The notes under the pieces: generated by a model | Told to the model about the DNA's origin: nothing | Databases searched by the model: none | Seen by the model: only the letters and a program-made list of their open reading frames with translations | Translations under genes and position numbers: made by a program | Part shown: positions 6,538-15,851 of the stretch, piece after piece | Position numbering within the stretch: the first letter of the stretch is position 1 | Layout of the letters: each line of letters opens with the position of its first letter | NCBI GenBank assembly: GCA_049964795.1 | Contig: JBMFWY010000012.1 | Span: 1-24,230 of the forward strand | From: Candidatus Micrarchaeia archaeon | GTDB lineage: Archaea > Micrarchaeota > Micrarchaeia > Micrarchaeales > Micrarchaeaceae | Reading direction: 5' to 3' | Length of the DNA stretch: 24,230 nucleotides

Positions 6538-8151
6538 ATGCAGACAAGATATGTAGTTGTTTTGGGTTCACTGCTAAGCGGGTTGGGCAAGGGGGTCGTT
6601 ACTTCTTCTATAGCAAAGATACTTTCTTTCTATGGCCATAAAGCCATGCCTCTGAAGTTCGACGGCTACCTAAATTATGATTGTGGAACCATGAACCCCT
6701 ACAGGCATGGGGAAGTTTTCGTGCTTGACGACAAAAGCGAAGTTGACATGGATTTTGGGAATTATGAGCGTTTTCTCAATGTAAATCTATCAGGAGACTT
6801 TTCGCTAACAGGCGGAAAGGTATTCAGTGCAATAATCTCCAAGGAGAGGAAAGGCGATTTCCTGGGCAGGGACGTCCAATTCATACCTCACGTCACAGAT
6901 TTTATCATTGGAAAAATAGAAGAAGTGTCAAAGAAAAACCGCTTGGAGGTAATGGTCATAGAAGTTGGGGGCACTGTCGGCGACATAGAAAACAGCTATT
7001 TCATAGAGGCAATGAGGCAGCTGGCGCTTAAGCACAAGGTTGTTTTTGTTGATGTTACATATGTCCCTAAGTTAGGCGCAGTGGGAGAGCAGAAGACAAA
7101 GCCCACCCAGCTTGCCTTGAGGGGCATGATGCAAATGGGCATAAACCCAAGCATAATAATATGCAGGAGCGAAAGTGCATTGGAAGATGGTGCAAGAATC
7201 AAAATAGCAAACTTTGCAAACTTGCCGGCCGAAAGCGTATTTGATGACAGCAACATGCAGAGCATATATGAGCTTCCACTTCATCTAATAAAACAGGGAT
7301 TTGATAGTAGAATCCTTTCTTCTCTGGGAATAGGCGGCAAGCTCGACAAGGGGAAGCTGAGCGTATGGGAGAACAAGGTAGAAAAAATCAAGGAATCTCT
7401 ATCTTCTCCAAATAAAGCAAGGATATCTATAGTGGGCAAGTATACAGGCTTGCACGATTCCTATGTAAGCCTCAATGAAGCGCTAGTCCATGCGGCGTCA
7501 GCTGTAGGCACAGGCATAGAAATAAATTGGGTAGAGTCAGAGGATCTCGAGCATGGAAATGCGGATCACTTGCTCAAGGGAAGCGACGGTATAATAGTGC
7601 CTGGGGGATTTGGAAAGCGTGGCATAGAAGGGATGATAAATGCGATAAGGTACGCGCGCGAAAACAAAATCCCCTACCTAGGTCTCTGCCTTGGCATGCA
7701 GCTCATGTCTATAGAGTATGCGAGAAACGTGTGCGGGCTCAAGGGGGCAAATTCAACAGAATTCAACAAGAGCGCAAAGCACAAGATAATAAAGCTGATG
7801 GAAAGCCAGCATGCAGTAAAATACAAAGGAGGCACTATGCGCCTCGGTTCCTGGCCTTCAAAGATAAGGAAAGGCACAATAGCATATGGCGCTTACGGAA
7901 AGGAGATAGTCTTCGAAAGGCACAGGCACAGGTATGAATTCAACAATTCTTACAGGAAAAAGATGCAGGGCAATGGGCTTGTCATAAGCGCAACCACGCC
8001 GAACAACATGCTAGTTGAAATGGTAGAGTGGAGAAATTCTTTCGGGATAGGTACGCAAGCGCATCCAGAGCTAAAATCACGCCCCGAATCTCCTTCGCCG
8101 CTTTTTGTCTCTTTTCTCAATGCCGCTTCAAGAAGGAGGCAACAGCCTTAA
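6538..8151 (+). CDS. pyrG: CTP synthase (537 aa)
   Basis: True start MQTRYVVVLGSLLSGLGKG at ATG 6538; GTMNPYRHGEVFV, EVGGTVGDIE, KTKPTQ, VPGGFG, GLCLGMQ, ERHRHRYE, QAHPE. Confidence 0.97.
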   Translation: MQTRYVVVLGSLLSGLGKGVVTSSIAKILSFYGHKAMPLKFDGYLNYDCGTMNPYRHGEVFVLDDKSEVDMDFGNYERFLNVNLSGDFSLTGGKVFSAIISKERKGDFLGRDVQFIPHVTDFIIGKIEEVSKKNRLEVMVIEVGGTVGDIENSYFIEAMRQLALKHKVVFVDVTYVPKLGAVGEQKTKPTQLALRGMMQMGINPSIIICRSESALEDGARIKIANFANLPAESVFDDSNMQSIYELPLHLIKQGFDSRILSSLGIGGKLDKGKLSVWENKVEKIKESLSSPNKARISIVGKYTGLHDSYVSLNEALVHAASAVGTGIEINWVESEDLEHGNADHLLKGSDGIIVPGGFGKRGIEGMINAIRYARENKIPYLGLCLGMQLMSIEYARNVCGLKGANSTEFNKSAKHKIIKLMESQHAVKYKGGTMRLGSWPSKIRKGTIAYGAYGKEIVFERHRHRYEFNNSYRKKMQGNGLVISATTPNNMLVEMVEWRNSFGIGTQAHPELKSRPESPSPLFVSFLNAASRRRQQP

Positions 8152-9738
8152 AAATATCCTTGAATACCCTATCAGGTACTTTATTACAGTGCCTACTACC
8201 GGCACTTCCTTTGTGGCCTTTTTCACTATTTCCATGTCGCTCTCTTTCATTCCCTTTACAAGCACGAGCGTAGGCGGGTAGACGAAAACGATTATTATTG
8301 CGGAAATAATAAGAGCAGGTATCATCATGGTATTGCCTATGGCAAGCCCTACAATTCCTACAGGCACAATGCTTATCGCATTTGCCAATATAACTCTCGA
8401 AATTTTTTCAGGCTTTATTCCTATATTGAACGTCTTGTGCAATCCATAAACGTAAAGGAAGTCGCTCGCAAGAGGTGCTATTACGAAAAGCAGCACTGTA
8501 AGGCCGACCCCTTTGAATAAAGGTATCAGCAGAGGCAAAAGCAAAAGCTCGATGGCAGAGGTAATGGCCGTGTAAATCAAGACTTTCCTTACTTTGTTGG
8601 CGCTGATCATCAAGTTGTACGAGTATCCTCCTATCAAGCCTATAAAAATTCCCACAGCCATTATTGCTATATATAACGGGGAAAGCTTGTAGACTCCGCT
8701 GAATGCAACATAAGAGAAAGGCTTTGCCAGCGCCGCGATGTAAAATAACAGCGGCGTTATAAGGATAAAGGCAAGATAAAGCGAGTAGTTGTAGAATCTC
8801 GCTATCTCTTCTTTGCTCTTGCTAGAGGCAAGCGCTGCGGAAAACATCGTTATCAGCGAAACGCTTATCGATCCTGTTATGAGGTCTATAAGGGAGCCAA
8901 CTTTTGAAGCAACTCCAAAATTGCCTATTACTGTAGAAGCTGCAAACAAACCCAAAACTACAAGCGAAATGTTGCTCATTAGCGTGCTCATAAGGTTTGA
9001 GACGCCAAGCGGCAGCGAAAAAACGAGCAGCTCCTTGATCCTCGAAATGGAGATGCTGCCTCCTTCTGTATCCTCCAAAGCCCTAAGCACAAAAGAGAGC
9101 GCTACAAGCAGTCCAAGCGTGTAAGCTGCCACAAGCCCCAATATAGGCGCAAGTGCCCCATAGCCGAGCAAAGCCAGCAATACGCTCACCAGCGCTTGCG
9201 TTGCAGATTCTACACCAGCGGTTATCGCGATGCTCTTGCTTGCCCTGAGACCTATAAGCGCCGAATATGCATCGCCGTAAAGTATTGAGAGTACTATAAG
9301 AAATGAAGCTGCCTCTATTATGCCTGTGTAAGAAGCGTTGTGGTATATGCTAGTTGCAAACAACGCGGCAAGCAAAAACATGGCTGCAGTGAGCACTCCT
9401 CCAAAAGCAAGCAGGACCGCAAATCCATTTTTTAGAAGTTCCCTCGCCTTGACTTTTTCGCCTTTTTGCATGTATTCCGGCAAAAACTTGTTAAAGCTGA
9501 TACCGATGCCAAGATCCCCAACAGAACCGAATATGCCTATCACTGCCATTGCGAGGGTATATATTCCGTACGTGCTTGGGCCCAATAACCTTGCAACTAC
9601 TACAAATGAAAGACCTACAAGTATGAATATGATAAGCTTCCCGAGCAGCACTGAGCTTGCAACTTTAGCAGTGCGTGCTCCAAGCTCTATATTCTGCTGC
9701 ATCTGCGTGCCTGCTTCAGCAGCTTCAGGTACTTCCAT
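8128..9738 (-). CDS. Wzx/MOP-family oligosaccharide flippase
   Basis: VARLLGPSTYGIY, DLGIG, ELLVFSLPL, about 14 TM segments; convergent 24-nt overlap with pyrG. Confidence 0.88.
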   Translation of the reverse strand: MEVPEAAEAGTQMQQNIELGARTAKVASSVLLGKLIIFILVGLSFVVVARLLGPSTYGIYTLAMAVIGIFGSVGDLGIGISFNKFLPEYMQKGEKVKARELLKNGFAVLLAFGGVLTAAMFLLAALFATSIYHNASYTGIIEAASFLIVLSILYGDAYSALIGLRASKSIAITAGVESATQALVSVLLALLGYGALAPILGLVAAYTLGLLVALSFVLRALEDTEGGSISISRIKELLVFSLPLGVSNLMSTLMSNISLVVLGLFAASTVIGNFGVASKVGSLIDLITGSISVSLITMFSAALASSKSKEEIARFYNYSLYLAFILITPLLFYIAALAKPFSYVAFSGVYKLSPLYIAIMAVGIFIGLIGGYSYNLMISANKVRKVLIYTAITSAIELLLLPLLIPLFKGVGLTVLLFVIAPLASDFLYVYGLHKTFNIGIKPEKISRVILANAISIVPVGIVGLAIGNTMMIPALIISAIIIVFVYPPTLVLVKGMKESDMEIVKKATKEVPVVGTVIKYLIGYSRIFLRLLPPS

Positions 9739-9906
9739 ATTCTCCCTTTCTCTTATAAAGACAGCATTTGAAAATTGAAAAATTCCAAAAAGGCGCGAAT
9801 CCCTACAATTGCACTTTCAAGATAAATGTAGAAAATATATAAATTACTACTTACAATCTAATGTTTGTTCTTGCATAGCAAAATGGCAAAAATCTGAGCT
9901 GATTAG

Positions 9907-11928
9907 ATGGTTTACGCTCTTGGATTGGCAATGTCTACTCTTTTTTATTTTGCCGGAATATTGTTTGGGATAAGCATAGTCAAATATTTTCTTGACGATG
10001 AAATAGAAGACATACTGGCAAAGTATGCGTTTGCTTTTCCTATAGGGTTCTCAGTTTCCTCTTTTATAGTGCTTGCTTTCGATGCGATTTTTCACGGATT
10101 CGGAAGCTATATGATGTGGCTTGCATCGTTAATAATGCTTGCAATATCGATCTTCCTTTTGCTCCGCAGCAAAAGCAAATCGCATAGTATGTTTAGCTTG
10201 AAGTCGTTCAAGCTCCAGGTAAAGAGGGAAAAACTATTCTATGTGCTTTTGTTTATTGTTATAGCGGTTCTGATAATATTTCAGTATCGCGGCGAGTATT
10301 ATACTTCAAGGGGGCTATGGGGCGGGGACAATTATGGTTCCGACTTCCTTTTCCATGTGAGCATAGGAAATTCCCTGATTTATACCGGCTGGCCACCAAA
10401 GCTGCTTTATGCCGATGGCGCAATAAACGTCTTTCCTTTCATTGCAGACTTCTACACCGCAATGCTTTCATTTGGCGGCATACCTGCTGTATTTTCCCTT
10501 TACATGATGAATTTCTTGCTTTATTTTTCCATTGTCGTGCTTTTTGTATACTTAATCGCAATGATAACTAGGCACAAAATAGCAGCGCTTGCCGGATTCA
10601 TACTATTCTTATTCTGCAGCCTTGGAGTAAACATGATAGTGCTTTACCTGTTCCATATAAGTCTCCCCTACCTGTCTTACAGCCAAATAGCCGCTTCTAC
10701 TTCTAATTTGCTGGGCTTTCTCACCACGCCCTTATTTAATTTCTCCAATCCTATAGGAAGCAATTTCGCGCCCCAGCATGATCTTGTGCTAGGATTTCCA
10801 ATGGCGCTGATAATCCTTATACTTCTTTACAAGCCTTTCTTCGAAAAATTGGAAAAGGCAAAAAACGTAGGTCAAAAGATAGGTAAGCATACATTACTTT
10901 ACTCTTCCCTAACGGGCTTGCTTATAGGTATGATGCCTCTTATACATCCTTTCTCTCTCGTGTTCGTTGCCATTTTCGCGGCATTTGCTTTCGTGTACTC
11001 TTTGTTTAGCAAACATAGGAAAAGCATCTTCTTGTACTTTTGGCTTCCATTGCTTATTGTTGCACTAGCAGTTGGAACGCCGCAGCTTCTTTTCATAAAG
11101 TCCGGGGAATTTGCCCAAGGCTTTTCCGGCTCTGTATTGGACCAGCCTTTCTGGTCGAGTACCTCAATAATAAACGCAGTGCTTTTACATATCTACTTCT
11201 GGTTTGAGACAATGGGGTTGATGCTCGTTTTGGGCCTTATCGGATTGTATTACTTGCGGAAGCGCCTAATTATCTTTATTCCTGCATTCATTGCGCTTGC
11301 TCTTGTGAATTTCGTTAGGTTCTCGCCCAGTTTTGGCGACTCAAACAAAATTACACTTTATTTCTTGCTTTTCATAAGTGCATCAGCATCTGAGGTTTTC
11401 TATGCGATGTGGAAAAGGGGCTGCCTCTTCAAGGAACTTGCAGTATTGCTTTTTGTAGGGACAATATTTACTGGTGTTATAGCAGAATATATCGGCCTAT
11501 TTCAAGGCAATTACCTAATAGCTTCAAATGTTGAATTGAACGCAACAAGCTGGATTCGCACTAATCTCCCACAGAACAGCACGCTCGTTGATAGCTGTTA
11601 TGGCACGATATTTGGGCTTACCTCTTCTCTAGGCGCAAAGAAGACTCTAATAGAGATACAGCCTTATATCTCTACTGTAGGCCTTTCCGATTACAACGTT
11701 GGCCAAGTAGCTTACCAAACGCAAAACTTTTTCAAGGAGCCAAATTGCACTTTTGTCAAAGAATACAACATAAGCTACGTTTTCATAGAAAACATGAGCA
11801 ACTTCGCGCCTGCATGGTGTGACACTGTTAATTATACCGCTTTCTCCAACTCTTCAAATTTCACTCTTTACAAATCCTTTAAATCTTCTTACACTCGCCT
11901 GTTCCTTTACAAGCCGGAATGCGGATAA
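9907..11928 (+). CDS. Multi-pass GT-C-like membrane protein with a C-terminal extracellular domain
   Basis: Many TM helices, first large loop GGDNYGSDFLFH, C-terminal ATSWIRTNLPQNSTLV...SSLGAK...YNISYVF; no WWDxG motif. Confidence 0.65.
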   Translation: MVYALGLAMSTLFYFAGILFGISIVKYFLDDEIEDILAKYAFAFPIGFSVSSFIVLAFDAIFHGFGSYMMWLASLIMLAISIFLLLRSKSKSHSMFSLKSFKLQVKREKLFYVLLFIVIAVLIIFQYRGEYYTSRGLWGGDNYGSDFLFHVSIGNSLIYTGWPPKLLYADGAINVFPFIADFYTAMLSFGGIPAVFSLYMMNFLLYFSIVVLFVYLIAMITRHKIAALAGFILFLFCSLGVNMIVLYLFHISLPYLSYSQIAASTSNLLGFLTTPLFNFSNPIGSNFAPQHDLVLGFPMALIILILLYKPFFEKLEKAKNVGQKIGKHTLLYSSLTGLLIGMMPLIHPFSLVFVAIFAAFAFVYSLFSKHRKSIFLYFWLPLLIVALAVGTPQLLFIKSGEFAQGFSGSVLDQPFWSSTSIINAVLLHIYFWFETMGLMLVLGLIGLYYLRKRLIIFIPAFIALALVNFVRFSPSFGDSNKITLYFLLFISASASEVFYAMWKRGCLFKELAVLLFVGTIFTGVIAEYIGLFQGNYLIASNVELNATSWIRTNLPQNSTLVDSCYGTIFGLTSSLGAKKTLIEIQPYISTVGLSDYNVGQVAYQTQNFFKEPNCTFVKEYNISYVFIENMSNFAPAWCDTVNYTAFSNSSNFTLYKSFKSSYTRLFLYKPECG

Positions 11929-12000
11929 ATCTCCAGAAGCTTTTAATTGCTATGGCTGCAAGTAGATCTTGGTTCGGTCTAAAACTGTTTTATAGATGTG

Positions 12001-12711
12001 TCAAGCCCTGAACGCAGAGACGAGTACTTCTAGCATATGCCTAATCCTGAGCTTTGATTTTCCCACCACTCTGGGATGGAATGTTGCATATCTTACTTCT
12101 GAAATCTTTGTTTTCTTGTCAAGCATCCTAAGTATATCCAAAAGGACCTTATACCCTCCAAGCACAAATTCCTCCCTCCTCTCCTTTGCAAGCTTTTTCA
12201 ATAAATTTGCCCTTATCCCAAAAAAGCCAGACATCATATCGGAGCAAGTAGGTTTTCCCCTTAACTTAAAAACAAAATAAACAAAATACGAGATACTTTT
12301 TGAAAGTAACTTTCTGTATACGCCCCAATTTTTAACTTCTGTCCTTGTCCCTATGCAAAGATCGCTTTTGCGCATTTTTTTGGCAATGCTCTTAACCAAT
12401 TCAGGAGGATGCTGCAGGTCCCCGTCCATTACAATTATATAATCCGTATTAACTTTCAAAGAGGCATCAACAATGCTTGCTGTCAATCCATGCTCCATGT
12501 ACTTGTCATGCTCAAACAGGGCTATGTTGCTGTTTTGGCTTTCTGCTTTAAGCACCTCCTTGCGCGTATTGTCTGTCGAACCGTCATCACTTACTATTAT
12601 GTGCACCCCTTTGTAGCTTCTTGTTAGCAAACTTAGCAGTTTGGCAATATTCTTTTCTTCATTTAGTGTAGGTATTATTATTGTAAAGCTTGAGAAATTG
12701 TTTTGCCCCAT
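12001..12711 (-). CDS. GT2 glycosyltransferase, polyprenol-phosphate mannose synthase (DPM1)-like
   Basis: IIIPTLNEEKNI, VSDDGSTDNT, VMDGDLQHPPE, SDMMSGFF, RVVGKSKL. Confidence 0.9.
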   Translation of the reverse strand: MGQNNFSSFTIIIPTLNEEKNIAKLLSLLTRSYKGVHIIVSDDGSTDNTRKEVLKAESQNSNIALFEHDKYMEHGLTASIVDASLKVNTDYIIVMDGDLQHPPELVKSIAKKMRKSDLCIGTRTEVKNWGVYRKLLSKSISYFVYFVFKLRGKPTCSDMMSGFFGIRANLLKKLAKERREEFVLGGYKVLLDILRMLDKKTKISEVRYATFHPRVVGKSKLRIRHMLEVLVSAFRA

Positions 12712-12813
12712 ATATTCACTAGCCTTTTATGCTGTTTTAAGATTTATATTTGTTGATTTGGAAAAATAATTAATACAATGTAGAAAGCCTTAGTTAACCC
12801 AAAAGGTGTGTTT

Positions 12814-13452
12814 ATGCATGAGGAGCAGGTAAAGGTAATAGTTGATCAAAGGGAAAGAAATGAAGCCCTTTTGTCAGCGCTTGCTTCAAAAGTCGAGATA
12901 GAAGTCAAAACTCTGCCTGTAGGCGACTACATCGTTTCAGACAGGGTAGCCATAGAGAGAAAGACAGTGCAAGATTTTGAAAGCTCAATTATAAATGGAA
13001 GGCTCTTCGATCAGGCCAAAAGATTGCACGAATATTATGGCAGTCCCATAATAATACTCGAAGGAGATCGCAGCGAGTTCCTGCTTGGGGAAAACATAAT
13101 TTTAGGGGCAATAGTAGCACTATATATAGATTATGATTCAGCAGTTATCCTTTCAAAAAGCCCGGAAGAAACAGCTAAAATAATTGCCAGCATAGCGAAG
13201 CGGGAGCAGGTTTCTGAAAAAAGAGCTTTGTCTTTGAAAGGCGCGGCAAGAGCGCACAACCTTCATGATTTTCAGCTTCTTGTTGTAGGCAATCTGCCAG
13301 GTGTAGGACCTAAAATATCCGAGTCGCTTCTTCAGCATTTCAAGAGCCTCAAAAATCTTGCAAATGCAAGCGTTGAAGACCTGATGGAAGTTGAAAAGAT
13401 AGGCAAAAAGAAAGCAGAGAAAATCTATCATGTGCTAAATGAGTCCTTTTGA
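12814..13452 (+). CDS. ERCC4/XPF-family nuclease with HhH2 domain (short form, no helicase)
   Basis: VIVDQRE, GDY, IERKTVQDFESSI.NGRLFDQ, LPGVGPK, VEKIGKKKA. ATG 12814 follows SD-like AGGTG. Confidence 0.92.
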   Translation: MHEEQVKVIVDQRERNEALLSALASKVEIEVKTLPVGDYIVSDRVAIERKTVQDFESSIINGRLFDQAKRLHEYYGSPIIILEGDRSEFLLGENIILGAIVALYIDYDSAVILSKSPEETAKIIASIAKREQVSEKRALSLKGAARAHNLHDFQLLVVGNLPGVGPKISESLLQHFKSLKNLANASVEDLMEVEKIGKKKAEKIYHVLNESF

Positions 13453-13944
13453 TTAGCCTTTGCTCAAGATTCTTGAAAGCGTCATCGCATTCAATACCTC
13501 AAAAACAGCATCTTTCTCTTTTCTCAAGCCATATCTTACAGCAGCTTTTGCGTTAAAATCCTCTAATTCTCCAAAAATTGAAATGCTGTGGCTTGAAATA
13601 TCGAGCGCGACTTTTGAAGTGGCAAACAAGACAAAATCTTTGCTCGATTTTGCACCTGCCATCTTTATCGCATTGCTTATCTGATCGGTCATTGCAACAA
13701 AGAGGAGCATTTCCATAGGCAGGCTTTTTGCAATGTTCATCTTTTCCTTAAACGAATTCAAAGCGCTAATGTATGCTCCTAGTATATGAGTTTTGCTTAT
13801 TATTGCAGAAGGATCAAAAAATTGCACAAATTCGCCTTTTCCAAAATCTTTTTTCGCAGCTGCAAGCTCATTTATTTTAAGATTAGAATTTGCTCTTGCT
13901 ACTATCGCCTTTTCAAACCCTCCAACTCTTGAAAAATCAATCAT
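13453..13944 (-). CDS. cgi121: KEOPS complex subunit Cgi121
   Basis: QFFDP...HILGA...NIAKSLPMEMLLFVAMTDQISNAIKMAG matches the Cgi121 pattern. Confidence 0.8.
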   Translation of the reverse strand: MIDFSRVGGFEKAIVARANSNLKINELAAAKKDFGKGEFVQFFDPSAIISKTHILGAYISALNSFKEKMNIAKSLPMEMLLFVAMTDQISNAIKMAGAKSSKDFVLFATSKVALDISSHSISIFGELEDFNAKAAVRYGLRKEKDAVFEVLNAMTLSRILSKG

Positions 13945-14030
13945 GTAATCTTTTAGGTAAACACAGGTAAATTATAAATAGATTATAAATAAATAGCAAA
14001 CAAAACCTTCAATTCAATAAGGCGTTTAGG

Positions 14031-15830
14031 ATGTCAATCGTTTTAAGCCTCATGCCAAACTTCTTCAACTTTGGCCAAGTGATATTCTATTATTATTACA
14101 TCGCCCTATTTTCTGCGTTCTTTGTTTTTGCTGCGATCGAATACAAAGCAATTTACCAACATCTCAAAAAGCTTGGCAGGAAATATTTTTTGCTCCTTTT
14201 GGCGGTTTTAGCGGTATTCCTTGCTTTTGACCTCCTTTTTGTACCTGCGACGCAGCAGCTTTTTAACGATGAGTATATTTACCAATCGATAGCGAAAACG
14301 ATACTTTATGACCATATCGTTGGCATATGCAGCTTTTCAACTGCAACTCATTGTGTTCCAAATACAGCAGGGCTTTTTCACCAGCCTGGCGGTTGGCCCT
14401 TCTTGCTGGCTATCACCTTTGCGATTTTCGGTATAAATTTTGGCGCCGCCTTTAATCTTACACTGTTTATCTCAGCAATAAGTATAATCCTTGTAGCCTA
14501 TGTGGCATTTTTCATGTTCGGCGATAAAAGGGTAGCAGTGCTTTCTGGGTTTACCATGGCTTTTACGCCTCTTTTCATAACATTTTCACGCGCAACTTTG
14601 TCAGATATGCCTGCAATGGCATTTGGCTTGCTTTCTATACTTTTTCTGCTTCTATACCTTCGTGAAAGGTCGCTGCGCTTTGGCGTGCTGTCTGCGCTTG
14701 CTATAGCGATTACATTGAGTATGAAAGTTGACGCTGTAATAATATTGCCTATATTGCTTGTGATATTATTGCTTAACAGAGAGACTTTCAAAAAGAGATG
14801 GAAGCCCGTTGAGCTCTACAAGCTTGCAGCGACAATCTCTTTGCTTTTTGTGATACTAATACCAGAGCTTCTTTTCCTTGACTTTGCTCCATCTCAAGGA
14901 TTTGGAAATCCATCAGGCACTCCAATGTTTAGCCTTAATTATCTTAAAGAAAATATTACTACAAATACTCTTTTCTGGTTTGGATCTTATACAAGCACGC
15001 AATTTGGCTACAACGGAACGAATTACATATACCATGTAGAATACCCTCTAAGCTTTACCGCCTTTGCGCTTGTAGGGCTTGCCTTTATCCTTTTCCGCAA
15101 GCAATTCCGTGCGGCATTCCAGATGATTCTATGGTTTGCTTTTGTGTTGTTTTTTTATACTTCATATTACGGCGGAAGTGTCCTTTATAGCGTTGGAGAT
15201 GATGTTAGATATTTCCTAATAGCTTTTCCTGTTATAGCTATTCTTGCCTCTGTAGGTACAGTGTCTCTGCATGATTTTGCAAAAGATCATATGCCCGGAA
15301 ACTTGCCTCATAGCCCAAAAAGAAAACCCAAGCACAGCATGCATATAATTTTAAGGAATGCACTTTTAGCTTCCTTGCTGCTTATGCTACTTTTTTCTAA
15401 TGCTGTAATACAGATAGTCAATATCGTTACTTTACCTCCTTCTCATCTTCTTCCATTTGCTGCAGAACGCTACGACGAGCATTTTATACTGGCTTCCGAG
15501 AGCCTAATACCAAAAAATTGCATGGTAGTAACTTTCAAGCCCCCCTTATGGTATATACTTGGCTATCCAAATATCTATACCTCCTGGACCAGCCTGCCAC
15601 AATTTGAAAGCAAATTCAATAAAATTTCAAATAATTGCGTTTACTTTGACAAATCAACAAGTTGCTACTTAACAAATGCCAACCAGGGCGGGCCAAATAC
15701 AGAGCAACAATGTGACAATTTTATGCAATCACATCTACTTTTGCCTGTAAACACGACAAATTTTGACAATTTTACTTGGAATGTCACATTCGGCATATAC
15801 AAAGTGCTGCCCCTAAATTCTTCTTCATAA
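14031..15830 (+). CDS. GT-C fold glycosyltransferase (PMT_2/ArnT-like)
   Basis: FNDEYIY acidic pair after an early TM, HQPGGWPFLL, SDMP, RYFLIAFP, Cys-containing C-terminal domain. Confidence 0.8.
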   Translation: MSIVLSLMPNFFNFGQVIFYYYYIALFSAFFVFAAIEYKAIYQHLKKLGRKYFLLLLAVLAVFLAFDLLFVPATQQLFNDEYIYQSIAKTILYDHIVGICSFSTATHCVPNTAGLFHQPGGWPFLLAITFAIFGINFGAAFNLTLFISAISIILVAYVAFFMFGDKRVAVLSGFTMAFTPLFITFSRATLSDMPAMAFGLLSILFLLLYLRERSLRFGVLSALAIAITLSMKVDAVIILPILLVILLLNRETFKKRWKPVELYKLAATISLLFVILIPELLFLDFAPSQGFGNPSGTPMFSLNYLKENITTNTLFWFGSYTSTQFGYNGTNYIYHVEYPLSFTAFALVGLAFILFRKQFRAAFQMILWFAFVLFFYTSYYGGSVLYSVGDDVRYFLIAFPVIAILASVGTVSLHDFAKDHMPGNLPHSPKRKPKHSMHIILRNALLASLLLMLLFSNAVIQIVNIVTLPPSHLLPFAAERYDEHFILASESLIPKNCMVVTFKPPLWYILGYPNIYTSWTSLPQFESKFNKISNNCVYFDKSTSCYLTNANQGGPNTEQQCDNFMQSHLLLPVNTTNFDNFTWNVTFGIYKVLPLNSSS

Positions 15831-15851
15831 AATGATCCATGAATTGCGGTT

